From positions 4,576,001-4,640,000 of the forward strand of contig OZ251518.1 in the NCBI GenBank assembly GCA_965242965.1: a DNA stretch of 64,000 nucleotides, written 5' to 3'. The number at the start of each line of letters is the position of its first letter. Position 1 is the first letter of the stretch. The notes under the pieces were generated by a model. The model had not been told where the DNA came from. It was given only the letters and a program-made list of their open reading frames with translations, and made no database searches. This document shows, one piece after another, positions 17,574 to 27,131 of the stretch. The position numbers and the translations under genes are program-made. The DNA is from Candidatus Poribacteria bacterium (GTDB lineage: Bacteria; Poribacteria; WGA-4E; WGA-3G).

Positions 17574-18887
17574 ATGAAACACAACATGCTCGCAGTAGGC
17601 ACTGCCCAAGTAGACATCACGCCGGATTATCCGATCCGACTCAGCGGCTACGGAAGCCGACGCACTGAATCCGAAGGTATCATTCAACGGATTTGGGCGA
17701 AAGCACTCGCCATCGGCAGTGAAACAGAAGAACCTGTCGTCGTGGTAACCGTGGAAAACTGCGGTTTGCCGGATGAACTTACCGAGGCAATCGCGCACCG
17801 TGTCAAACAGAAAACGGGGCTCTCCCGCGCGCATTTTGTCGTCTGTTTTACACATACGCACAGCGCGCCGTGCCTTACCAACGCAGCACCTTTCATTTTT
17901 AGTTCAGATATTCCGCCGGAACAGCAGGAGAAGATCGAACGGTATACTGGACAACTCGGTGAGTGGCTGGAGACGGTGGCACTGGAAGCACTCGCTAATC
18001 GCGAACCTTGTCACGTCGCATGGAATGTCGGTGAATTGGACTTCGCCAAAAATCGGCGAACAGAGGGCGGCCCGGTCGACCACGGTTTACCTATGTTACA
18101 CGTCACCGATGCAGACGGTGCCTTGCGCGCCGTGTGGGCAAGTTACGCATGCCACTGCACGACATTAGCAGGTTCGGATAACCACATTTGCGGTGATTGG
18201 GCAGGCTATGCGCAGGAGGCGATTCAGAAGGCAAACCCCGGTGCAACGGCATTAATCTCTATCGGTTGCGGCGCGGACGCGAACCCTGCATCGCGGATGA
18301 TGCCGATGCCAGAAGGACAACAGGAGGTTTTTCAGACGCGTCTGGCCTATGCGAAAAAGCACGGAGAAGCACTCGCGCAGGAAGTCCAACGCCTCCTCGC
18401 CGCCGATGCCAAACCGCTATCCAACACGCCGACAGGTTCGTTTGAACGGATAAACCTGCCGTTTGATACACTGCCGACGCTTGAGGAGTGGAAGGCACGC
18501 GTTGCTGAGGGAGGTGCCGTTGGCTATCATGCGCAAAAGCATCTCGAACGGTTACAGCGAGGGGAACCGTTGCAAACGGAGCTCTCTTACCCTGTCCAGA
18601 CGTGGCATTTCGGTGACGAACTCGCCATCGTCTTCCTTGCCAGCGAGGTGGTGGTTGACTATTCGCTTCGGTTGAAACGTGAATTCGACGCGGCGCGGCT
18701 GTGGGTAGGCGCGTATGCCAACGCCTTTCCCGGCTATATTCCATCGGAGCGCGTCCTCGCCGAGGGTGGCTATGAAGGCGGCGACGCGATGCTCTACTTC
18801 GGTCCGCCGACTCGCTTCGCACCGGGCGTTGAGCAGTTAGTGATTGATGCAGTGCATCGGCTGCTGCCTCCGGCATTTTTGCAGTAG
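17574..18887 (+). CDS. neutral/alkaline ceramidase N-terminal-domain family hydrolase
   Basis: DITP..P..LSGYG.R, THTHSAP, YACHCT and GYEG motifs; GGAGG RBS before MKHN. Confidence 0.85.
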   Translation: MKHNMLAVGTAQVDITPDYPIRLSGYGSRRTESEGIIQRIWAKALAIGSETEEPVVVVTVENCGLPDELTEAIAHRVKQKTGLSRAHFVVCFTHTHSAPCLTNAAPFIFSSDIPPEQQEKIERYTGQLGEWLETVALEALANREPCHVAWNVGELDFAKNRRTEGGPVDHGLPMLHVTDADGALRAVWASYACHCTTLAGSDNHICGDWAGYAQEAIQKANPGATALISIGCGADANPASRMMPMPEGQQEVFQTRLAYAKKHGEALAQEVQRLLAADAKPLSNTPTGSFERINLPFDTLPTLEEWKARVAEGGAVGYHAQKHLERLQRGEPLQTELSYPVQTWHFGDELAIVFLASEVVVDYSLRLKREFDAARLWVGAYANAFPGYIPSERVLAEGGYEGGDAMLYFGPPTRFAPGVEQLVIDAVHRLLPPAFLQ

Positions 18888-18916
18888 AGAGGCGTAGAAT
18901 CTCAAGGAGTTATATC

Positions 18917-19207
18917 ATGACCGTGGATGACATTCAAAAAACTATCGCCGAAGCGAAGGACAACATCCGCCGTGATTACAAGGCAGAGGTGAAAGCCATT
19001 TTCGGTTCGTATGCCCGCGGTGACAACCACGCCGACAGTGATTTGGATCTCCTCGTAGATTTCTATCAGGGTGCCAGTCTGTTTGAGGTTGTCAGGTTGG
19101 AACGCTTTTTAGAGGACAAGTTCGGTTGCAAAGTGGACGTAGTCTCGCGCCGTGCTCTCCGCAAAGAACTTCGTGACGCTGTCTTCAAGGAGATGATCCC
19201 GCTATGA
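18917..19207 (+). CDS. minimal nucleotidyltransferase (MNT, antitoxin of HEPN-MNT systems)
   Basis: FGSYARGD...DSDLDLLV and KVDVV motifs; AAGGAG RBS. Confidence 0.9.
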   Translation: MTVDDIQKTIAEAKDNIRRDYKAEVKAIFGSYARGDNHADSDLDLLVDFYQGASLFEVVRLERFLEDKFGCKVDVVSRRALRKELRDAVFKEMIPL

Positions 19208-19212
19208 GAAAT

Positions 19213-19598
19213 TGAGGGTGTTTCATAATTCGCTCAACGTGGCGGGGGACAGGCCCCCGCGCTACGGGAAAAAAAACGCCGCCCCTTCACGTAGGGCGAG
19301 GGCCTGTCCCTCGCCATGCCTCGCGCCGGAAAAAACGTCTCTTAGGTCCGTAGGACCTTAATGTCTATAGCCCTCGGCGACCGAAGAGATTTAAGGACCT
19401 AAAGGCCCTTGAAAACAGGACGACATGTTTTTCTATAGACATGTAGGTCCTAAAGGACCTAAGACAGCATCGTGACGATGGAGATCGCGGGGGACAGGCC
19501 CCCGCGCTACGGGAATGCATCGAGACCAGGAGGTCTCTCCTACCGGGAGGTATGGAGACCGGGTGGTTTCTCCTAGGGCGATTTATGAAACACCCTCA
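19213..19598 (+). mobile_element. MITE-like cassette with REP cargo (flanks not duplicated)
   Basis: TGAGGGTGTTTCATAA...TTATGAAACACCCTCA; flanks AGAAAT and CTTTCC do not match. Confidence 0.75.
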
Positions 19599-22500
19599 CT
19601 TTCCAGAACACCCGGCAGCGGAATCCCGCGAACGGAAAGCGCGCGCTGCTCGCGTGCCAAGGCCTCCTTCTCTGCCACTTCACTCCCTGGCAACTGATGC
19701 TTTTCACGCTCGGCGGCGAGGTCTGCAGGATTTTGCTTTGTCCCCGTGATGCTCGGTTCGGCGCACAGCATCTCCCGCAGCCGCTGCATCCCCCGATGCA
19801 CCTCGGCATCGGTGATGCCTAACACCTCCGCTAAAAACCGTGCATCCAACACATGTCTCCACGCGTCGGTGGCGCACTCGTTATAGGGCTTCATCCGATA
19901 CGCCTTCAAGTCGGCGAACACGCGTTCGGCAGCTGCCAACTGTTCCTCCGAGAGTTGATAGACATCTAGTGTGAGGAGGGGCCCTAGGTTCGTCAGAACC
20001 ATTTTCCCCCGCCCGGGTTGCTGTTTACCACACTGCATCCAGTGGCAAAGCAATCCCAAAGTCGAGTTAGTCCAAAGCGTCCATGCCGCCTCGTAGCGTG
20101 AATCGCTGAATACGATATTTGTTAAGGAAGAGACACCTATTGAGGGCTCCTCTGTCCATGATGCGATTACCGAATTCGCTGTAAAACCGAGCAGTGTATG
20201 GTAATGCGTGCGGCTGTTCCGGTTAAGAATCCGCCGAGCCTTTTCAGCATTGTGAGTTTTGATTTTGGCTTTGTAATCGGGCTCAGTCACCATCGCCCGC
20301 TGCAAAGGTGCATTTACCACCCACAATGCATCGTAGCCGTCTTGCGTTCCGGATGAGCGTTCGCGCAGTTCAAACGCGCCACGTTTGCCTTTGTCTTTGA
20401 TATCGCGATGACTATAGCCGACTTGAGCAACTTCGCGTAACTGGCACACCGGAACATCGTTTCCATCCATCATCTGTGGCAGGTGTAACTTACCTTGACG
20501 GAGATGATATGCTGTCTGCACCAGTGACATTGAGGCTACGCGAGAAATGCTCCACTCGTTTTCGTCAATGGGACACTCCAACATTTGTCCCATGCAGACA
20601 TCTCCAACCATCAGTTCATCGCTTCCATGCGGTGCATCTTCCAACCGCCGTATGACAGGTTGACGACGGATATTCTCTGCCAGTGTCTGCGCTGACAGCA
20701 GACTCTCCGGACGCTTGGAGAGACAAACGAATTTCGCTCGTCCCGTGTTCTCCGCTACGCCTTTCGTCGCTACGACGATACACTCTGCCATGCTCGTATC
20801 GGCAGAGAACGCGCTATCATATCCACTCGCCCCGGCGATTGTTAACACCAGCACGTCGTGATATTCCTCCGCAAGCATACGACGCACTTTGTTCATTGCT
20901 GCTCCTGTTAAAATCGTTGATAGGAGGATGAAACCCATCACACCGCCATTTTTCAATTTCCGGTCTGCCATATCGACGAAATATGAACCGAGTCCGTTAA
21001 TGCCGTTTGCTACGCGAATATCCTTTTGTGCCAGAGCCTCTTGCATCGCTCCTTTTACAGCATCGGAATACTCATGGCTCTGGAAATGGGTTTTACTTGA
21101 CTCGGTAGCATTGTCTGCACCAGGGCGTGCAAACGGCGGATTGATAATCACGATATCCATTTCTCCATCGGGGAATTCACGTTTCAGTTCCGCCGTAGCA
21201 CTGTTCTCGCCGCCAACCTGTTCACCTTCCGTTTCCATCGGATCGAACAGCAATTGGCTATCTAATAATTCTAACGCACCGGTTTTGTAGGTGTTGTCTG
21301 CTTGGAGCCCGTAAGGTGCGGTTATCACCCGCGTCGCGCCGAGTGTCACTTCGGGATGCGCGCTCGCCATCGCCGCGAAGGTGAGATGCGTGCAATGCGA
21401 GTAAATGTCTGTCCCCGCGAGGTTATTCTCTAGCATGTGACGGTGGATAGTCACGCTGCTCTTGCCGGTTTTCTGCTCATAGAGGCGTTGGATGCGTTTA
21501 TAGACACCGTTCAGCAACGCGCCTGTCCCACAAGCGTAATCTGCCACTTTTGGGAGCGCGCCATCGTCGGGTAGGTTTGGACAGACGAGTGCAGAAAGGA
21601 GGGCGGCACTTGTCGGCAGCGTGTAGTTGGCTTTCACATATTTCCTGTCGATGACAAGTTTCTGGAAGACTTCCCCGGCGAGTTCGTGGAGTTGCGGCAG
21701 GTGGGAGGCTACGAGTGTATCGGCGGCTTCCCAGAGTTTTTCCAGCACCTTGTCCGCCATCGCTTCATCGTAGAGGAACGCCTCGCGCACCATCCGTTCT
21801 GCATCCTTGAAGATAGGCTGGTAGTTGACAGCGAGGATGGCTTCCCAGTCGGCGACAACCTCTGTCCACTGCATCGGGTGGACTTTGTAGTAGGACAAAG
21901 GTCGGACGGTTTCCATTCCGGCTTTCCCGGCGAGGGCATTTTGGAAGACGAAGGCATCAGTGAGTATCAGGCATGCCATGCGAGAGGTTTGTTCGCCCGG
22001 TGCCTGCTCAAGGATGTCGTGCAGTTTTTGCCCGATGGCCGGGATATTTGCGATGGATGCATCGAGCCACTTGGCGGCGACGTGGATGTCGTATTCCATC
22101 TGTGCGGCGGCCGCGTCAAGTCGCTGACTTGGCACCGCGCCGACTTGCAGTGCAGTAGCGATATCGGCGAGGGTGCCGCGGGCGTAACCCTCAGGTGGAA
22201 ATTGATACGGTTCACCCGCGGTTTCGCCGATGAGGAGATACTCCAAGTCAGCGGCTTGTTTCAGCAACGCTTGGATAGCTGCCCCTCGTTTGTTGCGAAA
22301 ACGCGAGGGATACCGAATCACCATAGCGGCGCGTAAGGTGTCGCTCACCCCGACGAAGTCGGGAGATAACTTTCTGCCCAGATACCGTGAGCATACTTGC
22401 TTCACGCCATCGGCGGCCGCGTCTGCCCATTTTGCTTCGATAGCCACGGTTTGGTGTCCGGGACGTGTCACCATCACATCGGGTTGGCGTTGACTCCCTT

Positions 22501-22600
22501 CGAGGGGCTGTTGTTGTTCTTCAAACTCCCAGCCGGGGCTCATATAGCGGAGTAAGCGCACCAGTTGACTGGTGACAGGATTTTCTTGTTGCCTGGGCAT
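19583..22600 (-). CDS. type IIG-like restriction-modification fusion (nuclease + N6-adenine MTase + TRD)
   Basis: PD...EAK (QPDVMV...IEAK), DYACGTG and NPPF motifs. ATG at 22600 follows a GGAG RBS; the stop codon lies within the MITE TIR. Confidence 0.8.
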   Translation of the reverse strand: MPRQQENPVTSQLVRLLRYMSPGWEFEEQQQPLEGSQRQPDVMVTRPGHQTVAIEAKWADAAADGVKQVCSRYLGRKLSPDFVGVSDTLRAAMVIRYPSRFRNKRGAAIQALLKQAADLEYLLIGETAGEPYQFPPEGYARGTLADIATALQVGAVPSQRLDAAAAQMEYDIHVAAKWLDASIANIPAIGQKLHDILEQAPGEQTSRMACLILTDAFVFQNALAGKAGMETVRPLSYYKVHPMQWTEVVADWEAILAVNYQPIFKDAERMVREAFLYDEAMADKVLEKLWEAADTLVASHLPQLHELAGEVFQKLVIDRKYVKANYTLPTSAALLSALVCPNLPDDGALPKVADYACGTGALLNGVYKRIQRLYEQKTGKSSVTIHRHMLENNLAGTDIYSHCTHLTFAAMASAHPEVTLGATRVITAPYGLQADNTYKTGALELLDSQLLFDPMETEGEQVGGENSATAELKREFPDGEMDIVIINPPFARPGADNATESSKTHFQSHEYSDAVKGAMQEALAQKDIRVANGINGLGSYFVDMADRKLKNGGVMGFILLSTILTGAAMNKVRRMLAEEYHDVLVLTIAGASGYDSAFSADTSMAECIVVATKGVAENTGRAKFVCLSKRPESLLSAQTLAENIRRQPVIRRLEDAPHGSDELMVGDVCMGQMLECPIDENEWSISRVASMSLVQTAYHLRQGKLHLPQMMDGNDVPVCQLREVAQVGYSHRDIKDKGKRGAFELRERSSGTQDGYDALWVVNAPLQRAMVTEPDYKAKIKTHNAEKARRILNRNSRTHYHTLLGFTANSVIASWTEEPSIGVSSLTNIVFSDSRYEAAWTLWTNSTLGLLCHWMQCGKQQPGRGKMVLTNLGPLLTLDVYQLSEEQLAAAERVFADLKAYRMKPYNECATDAWRHVLDARFLAEVLGITDAEVHRGMQRLREMLCAEPSITGTKQNPADLAAEREKHQLPGSEVAEKEALAREQRALSVRGIPLPGVLESEGVS

Positions 22601-22601
22601 C

Positions 22602-23489
22602 CTATTCTCCGTCCGCAATCAACCCCGTTTCTCGAAGTGCCTTTTGCAGGATAGGGATATTCTCTATCTCCATCGGTGCGAGAGGCAGACGCACCTTCCC
22701 GTTCAGCTTGCCCATCAGTTGCAACGCCGTTTTCGCAGGAATCGGGTTCGTCTCGATGAACAAGTTCACTGCGAGGGACAGCGTCTTATAGTGCAGCTTA
22801 CGCGCGAGTTCCCAATTGCCGGCGTGGAACGCATTACACATCTCCGCTACATCTGCCGGCGCGATGTTCGCGACAACCGAGATAACCCCCTTGCCCCCGA
22901 CAGCGAGGATAGGCAGCGTGTTGACATCATCGCCAGAGAGGACAACGAAGTCATCTGGACAGAGGCTGACGACTTCACTGGCGCGTTTCAGTTCGCCTGT
23001 CGCCTCCTTGAGCCCGACGATGTTCGGATGCGCCGCGAGACGCGCAATCGTCGGCGAGAGGATGTCCGTGCCGCAGCGGCCTGGGACATTGTAGATAATA
23101 ATCGGGATGTCCACCGTGTCGGCGATTTTCATGTAGTGCGCATAAAGCCCGTCCTGCGTCGGTTTATTGTAATAGGGTGTGACTATCAGCGCGGCATCCG
23201 CGCCCGCGGCTCTCGCATGCTGTGTCGCGCGCAAGGTGCGCGTCGTTGAGTTAGAGCCGGTGCCGGCGATAACCGGCACCTGTCCGTTTACCGTTTCTAC
23301 AGTGAGTTCGATGACTCTGTCGTGCTCCGCTTCAGTGAGCGCGGGCGATTCGCCGGTAGTCCCGCACGGCACGATGCCGTGTGTGCCGCCATCCAACTGA
23401 AATTGGATGAGTTCCGTCAGTTTCGCTTCGTCAAGCGATTCATCGTCCTGAAACGGCGTAACGAGTGCAACATAAGAACCTTGAAACAT
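22602..23489 (-). CDS. dapA: 4-hydroxy-tetrahydrodipicolinate synthase
   Basis: GTTGES, PYYNKP, YNVPGR, GLKEA and ETNPIP motifs. Confidence 0.96.
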   Translation of the reverse strand: MFQGSYVALVTPFQDDESLDEAKLTELIQFQLDGGTHGIVPCGTTGESPALTEAEHDRVIELTVETVNGQVPVIAGTGSNSTTRTLRATQHARAAGADAALIVTPYYNKPTQDGLYAHYMKIADTVDIPIIIYNVPGRCGTDILSPTIARLAAHPNIVGLKEATGELKRASEVVSLCPDDFVVLSGDDVNTLPILAVGGKGVISVVANIAPADVAEMCNAFHAGNWELARKLHYKTLSLAVNLFIETNPIPAKTALQLMGKLNGKVRLPLAPMEIENIPILQKALRETGLIADGE

Positions 23490-23513
23490 AACATCCTCCT
23501 CGCGCGCTTCTCA

Positions 23514-24425
23514 TTAATAATTCCACGCGTCTTGTGTCAATTCACCCGCGTAGATAACGCGAGCATCACCCTCCAAATAGACGTTTTTCGGTTCGCCATC
23601 TGACATATCAAAATGGATTTTCAGCACAACGCCGCTCGCTGTCTTAACAGAGACAGGCGACGTAACTTTCCCTAATGCGGCAGAAACAATCGCCGAGGCA
23701 ATTGAGCCGGTGCCGCAGGCGAGCGTCTCATCTTCAACGCCGCGTTCGTATGTCCGAATCTCCAGTCGTTCCGACGACTGAATGCGGATGAAGTTGGCAT
23801 TGGTGCCGGCAGGTTTGAAATCGGCGTGATAGCGCGCCTGTTGGCCCATGTCAAAGACATCTGTGCCATCCAAGTCGTCAACAAAGAAGACGACATGCGG
23901 CACGCCGCTGTTCGCGAAACCGACGGTATACACCCCGTCTTTCAATTGAAGTGGGACGTTGAGTCGGATGTCCGTCGGTTGGCTCATGCGAACCTTTACA
24001 TTATCGCCGACTACCTCGGATTCGTAAACGCCAGCGTTCGTCAAAAAGCGCATCTTTTCAGAAACGATACCGTTCAGATAAGCGAATCTAGAGATGCACC
24101 GCGCGCCGTTGCCGCATGTCTCCACCTCGCCGCCATCGGCATTGAAGTAGCGCATCCGAAAATCGACATCCGCCGTCTCTTCCGGTAGGGGGGACATCCC
24201 TGTCCCGATACCATCCGCCGTCTCTTCCGGTAGGGGGGACATCCCTGTCCCGATGCCATCAGCCTTTTCAACGAGCAACACGCCATCTGCCCCAACCGAC
24301 ATCCGGCGCTCACATACTTTTTTTACGAAGTTTGTATCGGTGCTATCAACGATGTTTTCCAGATTGTTGATAATCACAAAATCGTTGCCCGCACCGCTGA
24401 GTTTCATAAAGGGGATTTTGTTCAT
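23514..24425 (-). CDS. dapF: diaminopimelate epimerase with a 30-aa repeat-derived insertion
   Basis: GAGNDF, CGNGARC, GVPH and ERGVEDETLACGTG motifs; start at MNKIPF. Confidence 0.95.
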   Translation of the reverse strand: MNKIPFMKLSGAGNDFVIINNLENIVDSTDTNFVKKVCERRMSVGADGVLLVEKADGIGTGMSPLPEETADGIGTGMSPLPEETADVDFRMRYFNADGGEVETCGNGARCISRFAYLNGIVSEKMRFLTNAGVYESEVVGDNVKVRMSQPTDIRLNVPLQLKDGVYTVGFANSGVPHVVFFVDDLDGTDVFDMGQQARYHADFKPAGTNANFIRIQSSERLEIRTYERGVEDETLACGTGSIASAIVSAALGKVTSPVSVKTASGVVLKIHFDMSDGEPKNVYLEGDARVIYAGELTQDAWNY

Positions 24426-24542
24426 TATAGGAGTTATCTCCCGAATATTGTTTTTTATTATGATAAAGGCATTCGGATTTTTCGTCAAGTCGTTTTTTTT
24501 GCTTTGTAAGGGAGGATTTCTATATCCTGTCTGCCCTTTACA

Positions 24543-24907
24543 TGAGGGTGTTTCATAAATGGCTCAACGTCGCGGTGACATACCCCGCGCTACGGTGAAA
24601 AAAACGCCTCCCTTTCACGTAGGGCGAGGGTCTGTCCCTCGCCATGCGTTTGGCTGTCGGATCGCATCACCTCTGTAGGTCAGGATCGCCTGATCCTGAC
24701 CTGTTTGTGATCAGGCGATCACAAACTACAGAGGGAAACACACATCGTGACGATGAACTCGCGGGAGAAACCCGCTCGGATGCGCGTGTGGCATCCGAGG
24801 GCCCCCGCGCTACGGGATAATCGAGACCAGAGGTCTCTCCTACTGAAGAAGACATCAAGACCGGGAGGTCTCTCCTACCGAACGCATCGAAATATGAAAC
24901 ACCCTCA
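24543..24907 (+). mobile_element. MITE-like cassette with REP cargo
   Basis: TIRs TGAGGGTGTTTCATA / TATGAAACACCCTCA; direct repeat TTTACA at 24537-24542 and 24908-24913. Confidence 0.82.
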
Positions 24908-24908
24908 T

Positions 24909-25895
24909 TTACATACACAAATTTGCGTGCGTGCGGAGTTCCTCCACGATTGCCAAAACGTCATCATAACTATCCGCTTGAACCAAACGGTTGCGAAACG
25001 GCTTTACGTGCGGGATACCCTTGAAATAGTTGCTATAGTGGCGGCGCATCTCAACGAGCCCCACTTTTAACCCCTTCCATTCAACCGAAAAATCGAGGTG
25101 CTTCCGAAAAACCGCGATACGTTCGTCTATGGAGGGCGGCGGGAGCAGTTCGCCCGTGGCGAAATAGTGTTTGATCTCGTTGAAAATCCACGGGTATCCA
25201 ATCGCAGCGCGCCCGAGCATGATGCCGTCAACGCCGTATTTTTGGCGCATCGCCGCCGCTTTCTGCGGACTATCCACATCACCGTTCCCAAAAACGGGGA
25301 TGGTGATGCGCGGATTATCCTTAATCTTGCCGATGAGCGTCCAATCCGCCGTGCCTTTATACATCTGTTTCCGCGTCCGGCCATGAATAGCGATGGCGCG
25401 GATGCCCACATCCTGCAGCCGTTCCGCCACTTCAACGATATATTTGGTGTTTTCGTCCCAACCGAGGCGCGTTTTGACAGTAACCGGCAAATCGGTAGCC
25501 TTCACGATTTCGGCAGTCATTTTCACCATCTTGGGGATGTCCTGCAAAATGCCTGCACCTGCACCCTTACACGTTACTTTCTTGACAGGACAGCCGTAGT
25601 TAATGTCAATGATGTCGGGTTGGACGCGTTCGGTGATTTCCACGGATGCGCGCATAGCGGCGATGTCGTGCCCGAAGATTTGGATGCCGATGGGTTTTTC
25701 TGCCTCAAAGATGTCAAGTTTCGCCATACTCCGCGATGCTGCGCGGATGAGTGCCTCGGAGGAGATGAATTCGGTATACATCAAATCAGCACCGTTTTCC
25801 TTGCAAACGGCGCGAAACGGCGGATCGCTGACATCTTCCATCGGTGCCAGCAACAGCGGAAAATTGGGGATGTGAAGGGTGTCAATAGTTAGCAT
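24909..25895 (-). CDS. dusB: tRNA-dihydrouridine synthase B
   Basis: LAPMEDVSD, DINYGCP, VTVKTRLGW, IHGRT and GNGDV motifs. Confidence 0.93.
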   Translation of the reverse strand: MLTIDTLHIPNFPLLLAPMEDVSDPPFRAVCKENGADLMYTEFISSEALIRAASRSMAKLDIFEAEKPIGIQIFGHDIAAMRASVEITERVQPDIIDINYGCPVKKVTCKGAGAGILQDIPKMVKMTAEIVKATDLPVTVKTRLGWDENTKYIVEVAERLQDVGIRAIAIHGRTRKQMYKGTADWTLIGKIKDNPRITIPVFGNGDVDSPQKAAAMRQKYGVDGIMLGRAAIGYPWIFNEIKHYFATGELLPPPSIDERIAVFRKHLDFSVEWKGLKVGLVEMRRHYSNYFKGIPHVKPFRNRLVQADSYDDVLAIVEELRTHANLCM

Positions 25896-25943
25896 GATAG
25901 TGAGTTTCGGGATGATGGAACAGGAACAACTGCTAGATTTCGG

Positions 25944-26201
25944 TTATCGGATGCGCCGCATGTATTCGTCATGTTTGCCAACCCAATTCCAGACGAAAGC
26001 ATCTTCCCTTTCAAACGCAATAGCTCGATATCCCTTGGTAATGCGAATAGCCCAAAGCCTTTCCCCAACTTTCTTGAAATTAAGGGAAGGATGTTTCGGA
26101 TTTTTCCGCAGCAGTTCAAATTTCTGAGGGATACGTTTTTGGATATCCCGGGGAAGCTCCTCAGCAAATCCCCAGAAATCTTCATCAGGAATATGCTCCA
26201 T
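25944..26201 (-). CDS. RelE/ParE-superfamily toxin, copy 3
   Basis: FW....LP.DIQ...KFELL..NPKHPSL.FKKVG..W..RI..GYRA...W.WVG.HDEY; ATG lies 1 nt after the antitoxin stop. Confidence 0.85.
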   Translation of the reverse strand: MEHIPDEDFWGFAEELPRDIQKRIPQKFELLRKNPKHPSLNFKKVGERLWAIRITKGYRAIAFEREDAFVWNWVGKHDEYMRRIR

Positions 26202-26202
26202 A

Positions 26203-26532
26203 TCACTTTTCCAAAAATTTCTGAAGAGCGTCTAGGCTTGTGTACCGGCCCGCTTGGAAATTCGACTGCGCTTTTTCGATGAGCCAATCCAGTCTACCGG
26301 CTTTCTCGTCTTCCGCAATTTGCTTATCCCATGCCTCCCAGTCTGCCTCGAGGGTATCATAAAGCGTTTTTTCGAGGGTTTCCAGCAATGCCGCCTTCGT
26401 TTCGCCCTCGCCTGTCACTTTCGGATGTTCCTGAATCCATCCGTGCCATCCGTCGCCATTGCGTTGGATGCAAGCGGTATAGGTGAGTTCATCTTCCGCG
26501 TCGTATATCGCCGCGGTTTGAATCTGTGTCAT
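26203..26532 (-). CDS. HicB-like antitoxin, copy 3
   Basis: Paralog of 6876-7229; AGGAGG RBS; directly upstream of a toxin. Confidence 0.8.
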   Translation of the reverse strand: MTQIQTAAIYDAEDELTYTACIQRNGDGWHGWIQEHPKVTGEGETKAALLETLEKTLYDTLEADWEAWDKQIAEDEKAGRLDWLIEKAQSNFQAGRYTSLDALQKFLEK

Positions 26533-26547
26533 CTGTGCCTCCTGATG

Positions 26548-26808
26548 TTAAAGGATTCTTCGGATGCGTTGCACATATTCGTCGTGCCTGCCAATCCAAG
26601 TCCAAACGAAAGTTCCCTCATCTTCGCGTGCCAAAGCCCGATAGCCCAAGTTAACTCGGACCGACCAGCCTGCGCCGATCCTCTTCAGACATAGAGAGGG
26701 ATGTTTCGGGTTTTGCTTCAGCAGTTCAAATTTCCGATCAGCGACTTGTTGGATTTCCGGTGGGAGGTTTCGGTAACAAGCCCAAAACTCGCGACTTGCC
26801 TTATAAAT
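26548..26808 (-). CDS. RelE/ParE-superfamily toxin, copy 2 (start uncertain, probably ATT at 26808)
   Basis: FWACYRNLPPEIQ..A.RKFELLKQNPKHPSL...WIGRHDEY. GGAGG lies 7 nt before an in-frame ATT that overlaps the antitoxin end. Confidence 0.8.
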   Translation of the reverse strand: MYKASREFWACYRNLPPEIQQVADRKFELLKQNPKHPSLCLKRIGAGWSVRVNLGYRALAREDEGTFVWTWIGRHDEYVQRIRRIL

Positions 26809-27103
26809 CTGTGCACCTCCCTGCGCGCAAATCCTCCAGAGCCTTATCAAAAAGAGAATCCAGCCTGCCAGCTTTCACGTCTGCCTCAATCTCTTTGTCC
26901 CATGCTTCCCAGTCTGCCTCCAGGGTATCATAAAGCGTTTTTTCGAGGGTTTCCAGCAGTGCCGCCTTCGTTTCGCCCTCGCCTGTCACTTTCGGATGTT
27001 CCTGAATCCATCCATGCCATCCATCGCCATTGCGTTGGATGCAGGCGGTATAGGTGAGTTCATCTTCCGCGTCGTAAATCGCCGCTGTCTGAATCTGTGT
27101 CAT
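26801..27103 (-). CDS. HicB-like antitoxin, copy 2
   Basis: Starts at MTQIQTAAIY behind an AAGGAGG RBS; paralog of the other two copies. Confidence 0.8.
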   Translation of the reverse strand: MTQIQTAAIYDAEDELTYTACIQRNGDGWHGWIQEHPKVTGEGETKAALLETLEKTLYDTLEADWEAWDKEIEADVKAGRLDSLFDKALEDLRAGRCTDL

Positions 27104-27131
27104 CTCTGCCTCCTTGTATTGGATTGAAATT

